From an uncultured Bdellovibrionales bacterium (lineage in GTDB: Bacteria; Patescibacteriota; Minisyncoccia; Moranbacterales; DUUL01), in contig CAYFUG010000001.1 of assembly GCA_964346295.1 (NCBI GenBank), positions 20,325 through 84,324 on the forward strand: a DNA stretch of 64,000 nt, written 5' to 3'. A model generated the notes under the pieces. That model was not told the origin of the DNA. It did no database searches and saw only the letters and a list, made by a program, of their open reading frames with translations. The position numbers and the translations under genes were made by a program. This document shows, piece by piece, positions 59,068-64,000 of the stretch. Position 1 is the first letter of the stretch. Each line of letters opens with the position of its first letter.

Positions 59068-59114
59068 AACACCCCGTTCGGAGAACCACTTTCCGAGCGG
59101 GGTGGTTTTTTTAT
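59068..59114 (+). terminator. Intrinsic terminator after the GC-rich lipoprotein gene
   Basis: caccccgttcgg...ccgagcggggtg hairpin plus T8. Confidence 0.7.
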
Positions 59115-59384
59115 TTTAAGCCCCACCTTCTCTCTGTATCTCTCCTATTACTTGCCTCCTCCTCTCCCCTTGACAATTTCCACCATTGAGCTATTTTTAA
59201 AGGCTTTCTGGGGAGTTTTTCCCTCCTTTTATCCTCGGAAAGCAAGCGCCTTGATCACCTCAACGAGGGAGGTCGAGGCGCTTTTTCTTTGCCTATCATT
59301 CGCCTACAAAAAACAAGTTCTTGCCAAAAAGCCAAAAAGTTACTCTCTCAAATCCTTCAAATCCCCTTCCGGCTAAAGCTGCCC

Positions 59385-59412
59385 TTGTCATTTTTTCCTC
59401 TTTCGCTATAAT
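59385..59412 (+). promoter_or_regulatory. Near-consensus sigma-70-type promoter (TTGTCA-16-TATAAT)
   Basis: ttgtca ttttttcctctttcgc tataat. Confidence 0.5.
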
Positions 59413-59418
59413 TACTCT

Positions 59419-59521
59419 TAGCGATTCACAAGCAGCTCTGCAAATCAGATCTGCGAACTGAAGCAAACAGAACATTAAAATATCTACCATACTAGACAAC
59501 GGGAGGGGGTTGTTGTTTTTT
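59419..59521 (+). ncRNA. Candidate about 100-nt small RNA or terminated leader transcript between promoter and a short terminator
   Basis: Promoter at 59385-59412; terminator-like acaacgggagggggttgttgtttttt at 59496-59521; no ORF with SD on plus strand. Confidence 0.25.
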
Positions 59522-59906
59522 GCTTTTTGTAGATTAAACACCACGAATTGTTTATAAGTTGTTTATAAGTTGAAAATTCATGACTCTAGTGTAAATTAAT
59601 CCGAGCTAAGACTATCCCAGTATTAGGCAAATTGTCCTAACTGTCATTCCCGCGACTGTGTGCCTACCGAAGCATTGCGAAGGGGCAAGGCGGGAATCTA
59701 GGATTAATCCACTGGAATCCACTGGATCCCCGCTTTTGCGAGGATGATGACACAAACGCATAAGTCCTAAGCTTGCTAGATTGAGCAGTTAAAAATATAA
59801 CCAAAGGTCGAGGGCACTTTACCAGGTTTAGCCTTTAAAAAACTTGGATTTATTTAGAAAAATTAGGAGGGAAAAATTTAACTAACACAATAATAAAATA
59901 ATCAAA

Positions 59907-60027
59907 GGGACTTGCATATTTTAGGAAATTTTTAGGCAAACTCGAGCAGCGAGCGAAGTGTACTGAAAGGTACGGTGAGCGAGTAGCGGAGAGTTTAACA
60001 CCAAAATTTTCAAAATAGGAAAGTCCC
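59907..60027 (+). repeat. Dispersed intergenic repeat, copy F (ends 9 nt before the TasA-like gene ATG)
   Basis: TIR gggactt/aagtccc; gtgtactgaaaggtacggtgagcgagtagcggagagtttaacaccaaaattttcaaaataggaaagtcccc; about 90% identical to copy E over the 3' 60 nt. Confidence 0.75.
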
Positions 60028-60036
60028 CACACCTTA

Positions 60037-60783
60037 ATGAAAAAAATTCTAGCTAGTTTTGTAGCCCTTTTAGCTGCTTTGGCAGTTACTGGCTACGGAA
60101 CTTACGCCCTTTGGAGCGACACCGAGACATCCACCGGAAACACCATTACCGCCGGAAGTTTAGACTTATCAGTGCCCGAAACTTTCATTGCCGTAGCTGC
60201 TGTTTCTGCTGACTTTGACGGCGACGGAACCGACGACTACACCACTGCCGTTTACCCAGGAGTAGGTTACTTTGGAACCGCTGACGGACCTCAAGCTGAT
60301 TCCATGATTTCCTTAACAAGCGACACTGCCACTTATGGAACTTACAATGGTGACGGAATGGGCGCCAAAAACTATGACTATGTTCCTGTTATTAACAACG
60401 GAACTATTGATGGACAGTTAACAGTAGAAGTTGGTGCTGTCTCAGATGAAGAGAACGGCCAAACCAGCGCTGAACTAGTACCTGGAGTAGACGGAACTCC
60501 TAATGTTGGGGAGCTTAGCCCATATGTAGAAATTCGCTTTCACATTGATGTAGACGGCGATGAAACCTACGAAGACACTACCGGATGGCAAGCAATCTCC
60601 AGTGCTCCTAATACCTCAACCAATCCACTTTGGAATTTTGCCAATACCGCAATTATTCCGGCTCAAAACTCTGCTAATCCTGCTCGTCTTATGATGGAAT
60701 ACCGAGTAGACAGTGCTGCTGGCAATGACACCATGACCGACACTGTAGATTTTGAACTTATCTACGATTTCCAACAAATCTAG
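60037..60783 (+). CDS. TasA/camelysin-like secreted protein with SipW-cognate-class signal peptide
   Basis: MKKILASFVALLAALAVTGYGTYALWSDTETSTGNTITAGSLDLSV. Confidence 0.8.
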   Translation: MKKILASFVALLAALAVTGYGTYALWSDTETSTGNTITAGSLDLSVPETFIAVAAVSADFDGDGTDDYTTAVYPGVGYFGTADGPQADSMISLTSDTATYGTYNGDGMGAKNYDYVPVINNGTIDGQLTVEVGAVSDEENGQTSAELVPGVDGTPNVGELSPYVEIRFHIDVDGDETYEDTTGWQAISSAPNTSTNPLWNFANTAIIPAQNSANPARLMMEYRVDSAAGNDTMTDTVDFELIYDFQQI

Positions 60784-60925
60784 TTTGGTCTAAGAATTTG
60801 ACCTAAAAACTAGATCTATTTCCCATCCCGCGGAAGCCTGGGCCAAACCAGTCTCAGGCTTCCCTCTTGGGGAAAATATCAGTCAATAATCTAATTTTAA
60901 AAATAAAAATAAAATTTTAAAAATT

Positions 60926-61228
60926 ATGGAATTAGTAATCAGCTTGTTTGCTACCTACATATCCTCTTTGATCGGACTTTGGATTATCGTAATGCTCTTT
61001 AGCCCTAATATGCCCGGAAAAATTACCAAAGTAGCCGTTCTGGCAGCTATAGTCTCCTTGGCAGGTCTCCTGTCAGTGCTACTTGGATCTTTGGGAGCTC
61101 TTTTATCCTTGGTAATCAATCTAATAGCCATCACCAGCATTCTCAAATATGACTTCCTCTCGGCCTTTTTAACTTTAATCGGCCTATCAATCATCCAGTA
61201 CTTAATAATGTTTGGGATGGTTGGCTAA
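60926..61228 (+). CDS. Small polytopic membrane protein (100 aa) between tasA-like and sipW
   Basis: Three hydrophobic helices. Confidence 0.5.
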   Translation: MELVISLFATYISSLIGLWIIVMLFSPNMPGKITKVAVLAAIVSLAGLLSVLLGSLGALLSLVINLIAITSILKYDFLSAFLTLIGLSIIQYLIMFGMVG

Positions 61229-61276
61229 TCAATTCCGAAACCTTCTCCCTTTGACCTCTTTAATCTTCCCCTTTTC

Positions 61277-61885
61277 ATGAAAAAACTCTCTAATTGGATC
61301 ATCAACCTCATCTTTGTCCTCTCTTTGGCAATTGCCTTGTTTTTTATCCTGGCTCGTTTCGTGCCCCAGTTCGGCTATAACATTTTTGCCGTCCGTAGTG
61401 GATCCATGGAACCAGCCATTAAAAAATGGGATCTCATTATCACTCAAAAACAAGACCATTACCAAACAGAAGACATTATTACCTTTCGCCGAGATCATAA
61501 AACCGTAATCACTCACCGCATTATTGAAGTCCAAAAAGAAGGCGGCCAGTGCGATTTTATAACTAAAGGAGACGCCAACCAAGATCCGGATCGTAAAGAT
61601 GTTCCGGAAAGAAGAGTGCTTGGCAAGATGGTAACTCGGATTCCTTGGATTGGCATCAGTTTTAATTATCGCCGCCAACTCCTAGCCGGAGCCGCTCTCT
61701 TAGCAGTTATCGCCGCCGGCTTTTACCTCTCTAACATTAAGAAAAATTTCGATAATAGCAAGCCAAAATCCCGAGTTGATAAGTCTAACCAAACTAAGCC
61801 GAAAGACTCTCCGGCACCAAACCCAGAACAGTCAAAGAGTCAGGTCAACCAAAATCCTGAAAATAGACCGGGACCCTTCGCCTAG
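61277..61885 (+). CDS. sipW: Signal peptidase I, SipW (archaeal/ER S26B) type, with C-terminal TM and basic/Pro-rich tail
   Basis: AVRSGSMEP (Ser box), ITHRIIE (His box), KGDANQDPD. Confidence 0.85.
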   Translation: MKKLSNWIINLIFVLSLAIALFFILARFVPQFGYNIFAVRSGSMEPAIKKWDLIITQKQDHYQTEDIITFRRDHKTVITHRIIEVQKEGGQCDFITKGDANQDPDRKDVPERRVLGKMVTRIPWIGISFNYRRQLLAGAALLAVIAAGFYLSNIKKNFDNSKPKSRVDKSNQTKPKDSPAPNPEQSKSQVNQNPENRPGPFA

Positions 61886-61932
61886 AAACAGCAATCTTCA
61901 TTTAACATAAACAATTTCTAATTATACCCTCC

Positions 61933-64000
61933 ATGATTCCCTTTAAAAAATTCTGGAAGCACTCTCTTCGTGTCACTTCAGTTTGGCTCTCTATTGGAGC
62001 CTTGCTACTACTGAGCTTCCCTGGATCCTCTCAAGCCGCCTACAGCAACCGCGTCACCTCTTCTGGCGGCGGAGAGAAAATGAGCGCCGGCAGCATCGAC
62101 GCCGAGTTAAACTTGGTTACCGACTTCAAAGCTCTCCCCATCGAAGCAGGCTCAACCAACTACGCTGAACTAGAAATCATCAATTCTGGGATCTTGGGGC
62201 TAACCTACCAATCAACTAGCCAAAAAACTTCCGGGTCTGACAACCTCTACCAAAATTTAGAAGCAGAATTGATTCAAGACGGAGTCACCCAGTGGACCGG
62301 TTTCTTACAAGACCTAGATTTCACCTCCCCGGAACTTGCCTCCACCGATCTCCATCAACTCAGAATCGAAGTTTCTCTTCCGGCAGATTCCACCTCCAGC
62401 CTGGAGGAGCTTGATTGTGAATTTGAAATCAACTTCCTCGCCTCCCAGCCCGACGCCTTAGGCGGCTGGACCGACCAAGAGACCCTCCCTGGTCAAAGCC
62501 TCTCCTCGGGCGATTGGACCGCTCCCGAAGTTCCAGAAAATTTAGGTTTTAATGTTGCCAGTGAATCTGAAACCCCTAACGAAGGCAATCCAGTGGCCTC
62601 TGATTTAGATTTAAATTGCACCACTACCGGCAAAGTTTACACCAACGAAAACAGTGTGGCTCATAATTGGAGCGACGAATCCGATTCTGATTTGGGACCT
62701 GTTAAATACGAACGCCTGGTGACTTATCCCGACGGAAGAACCGGAGTTTTTGGTCCCTTGGAAAATAATTACACCGATTTCTCTTCTTTTGGGGGAGGAG
62801 GTGGTACCGAAGGCACTTGGGGCGTCCAAGTTCGTTCCTATGATGACACTGCTAACTATTCCGCCTGGTCTGATAAATGCGAGATTGTTTATGACAAAAC
62901 CTCTCCCACTGTAGCAATTACCAATCCCGCTGACGGCGATCCCCTGGAGGGTCTTGTTAATATCCGAGGAACCGTAGAAGATGCCAATCCTCACCACTAT
63001 TATCTAGTGATAACAGATAGCAATGGTAATAAAATTGGCCCCGGCACCGTTAACGAAACTGCTTCCTTTGCTGATAAAGTGCTCTACAACTGGAACACCG
63101 CGGAATACCCCGATGGAGACTATGTGATTGAACTAGCCGCCCGAGACAGCGCCGGCAACCGCTACCCCACCTCCGGTAATATCGAAGTCAATGTCACCGT
63201 TGACAATCCCCTAAAAATCACCAATGTAACCTCTGAAACTCCTACTACCGGAACCACCAAGGGGACGGAAGGCGGTGAAAATTCCGTAGAGGTAGAAATC
63301 ACCTGGGACACCGATATTGCTGCCACTTCTCAAGTAGTTATTGACGACAAAAGCCACGCTCATATCGACGACTACTTTGACTCTACCGTTGAGGATTCTT
63401 CTTTAGTTACTTCCCACTCTCAAATCGCTTCAGGCCTCGCCAAGGACACCACCTACTATTACCGCGTCATTAGTAAAGATTCTGCCACTGGAACCAAAAT
63501 CGCCTCAAAAGAATACACTTTTATTTCAACCATTGGAGGAGAAGATGACCCAGCAGCTGATCCAGGCGAAATAGTAATGAATGAATTTTTGCCTAATCCC
63601 TCAAAGGGATCTTACCCTAGTGAAAATGCTTTGCCCCTAAAAGAAGGCGAATGGGTGGAGCTTTACAACACCACCGATAGTGAGATTGATTTGAAAAATT
63701 ACTACTTAGAAGACGACCCCGATAAAGGCGATCACACCATAATTATTGATAACACTCGCACCAAAAGCGGCGATACTCTGATTCCAGCTAATGGCTATCT
63801 AGTGGTCTATTTAAAAAATACTGCTGGTGCAGGATCAGTTGGGGCTATCCTCAACAACGAAGGTGACACTCTTAGTTTTTACAACAAAGACGACCAGTTA
63901 CTAGATGATTTCACCTACGACGGCGGAGGCTCGGATGTCCCGGAAGACAAAACTTTTGCTCGCTTGCCAGATGGCCACGGCCCCTGGATTGACCCAGAGC
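61933..64000 (+). CDS. Very large SipW-cognate secreted protein with Ig-like and lamin-tail (LTD) domains; partial, runs off the window end
   Basis: Open frame from ATG 61933 to window end (checked codon by codon); N-terminus AAYSNRVTSSGGGEKMSAGSIDAELNL parallels the TasA-like signal region; EWVELYNTTDSEIDLKNYYLEDD LTD motif. Confidence 0.7.
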   Translation, partial: MIPFKKFWKHSLRVTSVWLSIGALLLLSFPGSSQAAYSNRVTSSGGGEKMSAGSIDAELNLVTDFKALPIEAGSTNYAELEIINSGILGLTYQSTSQKTSGSDNLYQNLEAELIQDGVTQWTGFLQDLDFTSPELASTDLHQLRIEVSLPADSTSSLEELDCEFEINFLASQPDALGGWTDQETLPGQSLSSGDWTAPEVPENLGFNVASESETPNEGNPVASDLDLNCTTTGKVYTNENSVAHNWSDESDSDLGPVKYERLVTYPDGRTGVFGPLENNYTDFSSFGGGGGTEGTWGVQVRSYDDTANYSAWSDKCEIVYDKTSPTVAITNPADGDPLEGLVNIRGTVEDANPHHYYLVITDSNGNKIGPGTVNETASFADKVLYNWNTAEYPDGDYVIELAARDSAGNRYPTSGNIEVNVTVDNPLKITNVTSETPTTGTTKGTEGGENSVEVEITWDTDIAATSQVVIDDKSHAHIDDYFDSTVEDSSLVTSHSQIASGLAKDTTYYYRVISKDSATGTKIASKEYTFISTIGGEDDPAADPGEIVMNEFLPNPSKGSYPSENALPLKEGEWVELYNTTDSEIDLKNYYLEDDPDKGDHTIIIDNTRTKSGDTLIPANGYLVVYLKNTAGAGSVGAILNNEGDTLSFYNKDDQLLDDFTYDGGGSDVPEDKTFARLPDGHGPWIDPE

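Noticed and set aside
59296-59544. 82-aa minus-strand ORF overlapping the candidate sRNA
   Set aside because: No SD and an odd composition. The plus strand has a consensus promoter and terminator, so the noncoding reading is preferred. The call has low confidence either way.
60014-60030. GGAAAGUCC match to the RNase P RNA CR-I box
   Set aside because: It lies at the 3' end of repeat copy F, 9 nt before an ATG. There is no P4/CR-V partner (ACAGAA.CCGGCUUA) nearby, so it is coincidental.
62611-62997. 128-aa minus-strand ORF
   Set aside because: It is antisense to the long uninterrupted plus-strand frame of the LTD giant protein, so it is spurious.
1-64000. CRISPR arrays, rRNA, tRNA, transposase or integrase genes
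   Set aside because: By eye there are no regularly spaced direct repeats with unique spacers, no rRNA-like conserved blocks, and no recognisable recombinase motifs. A tRNAscan or Infernal run would be needed to exclude tRNAs formally.

Overview
The window is a gene-dense, low-GC (about 40% by eye) bacterial segment that uses the standard code: TAA, TAG and TGA all end confidently identified genes. The gene content looks like a reduced, likely fermentative, Candidate Phyla Radiation (Patescibacteria)-like genome.

- **Housekeeping genes:** tpiA, gpmI, ftsA-ftsZ, pheS, tyrS, rplI, purU, and the heat-shock operon hrcA-grpE-dnaK with an hsp20.
- **Envelope and surface genes:** a GT-C-like membrane glycosyltransferase, a GT4 enzyme, an MOP flippase, a type IV pilin, proteins with TrbC/VirB2-like (T4SS-pilin-like) segments, and proteins with lamin-tail (LTD) and PKD domains.
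- **Energy and carbon metabolism:** a monomeric [FeFe]-hydrogenase (HydA) next to a GH13_18 sucrose-phosphorylase-like gene, and a small ferredoxin.
- **RNA repair:** RtcB and ThpR/LigT.
- **Nudix genes:** two standalone Nudix genes, plus two more Nudix modules fused in front of GrpE.

The features not explained by ordinary gene calling are as follows.

1. A dispersed, structured intergenic repeat of about 120-150 bp (MITE/REP-like) occurs at least seven to nine times, always in the same chromosomal orientation. It has a conserved internal hairpin showing compensatory base changes and a conserved 3' module, and it often directly abuts a gene start or end.
2. A SipW signal peptidase sits with TasA/camelysin-like SipW-cognate secreted proteins at the 3' end of the window. 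A very large LTD-containing substrate runs off the window end.
3. A single reading frame encodes a Nudix-Nudix-GrpE fusion inside the hrcA/dnaK operon. Two variant CIRCE operators flank the operon.
4. Only the C-terminal third of a copA P-type ATPase remains, with a TGG to TAG nonsense change and a homopolymer frameshift.
5. A tandem pair of diverged paralogous membrane proteins of about 700 aa each is present.
6. Two GC-rich islets carry small lipoprotein genes with strong ribosome-binding sites, one containing a CxxCH motif. A small Cys-rich ORF nearby is broken by an 11-bp tandem duplication.
7. Several small genes and RNA candidates are missing from the ORF track: a 41-aa membrane peptide with RBS and terminator, a roughly 100-nt transcript bounded by a promoter and a terminator, and a second family of 'tgtcattccg' hairpins.

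No rRNA, tRNA or CRISPR array was recognised. All coordinates and calls come from reading the sequence. No database searches were run.
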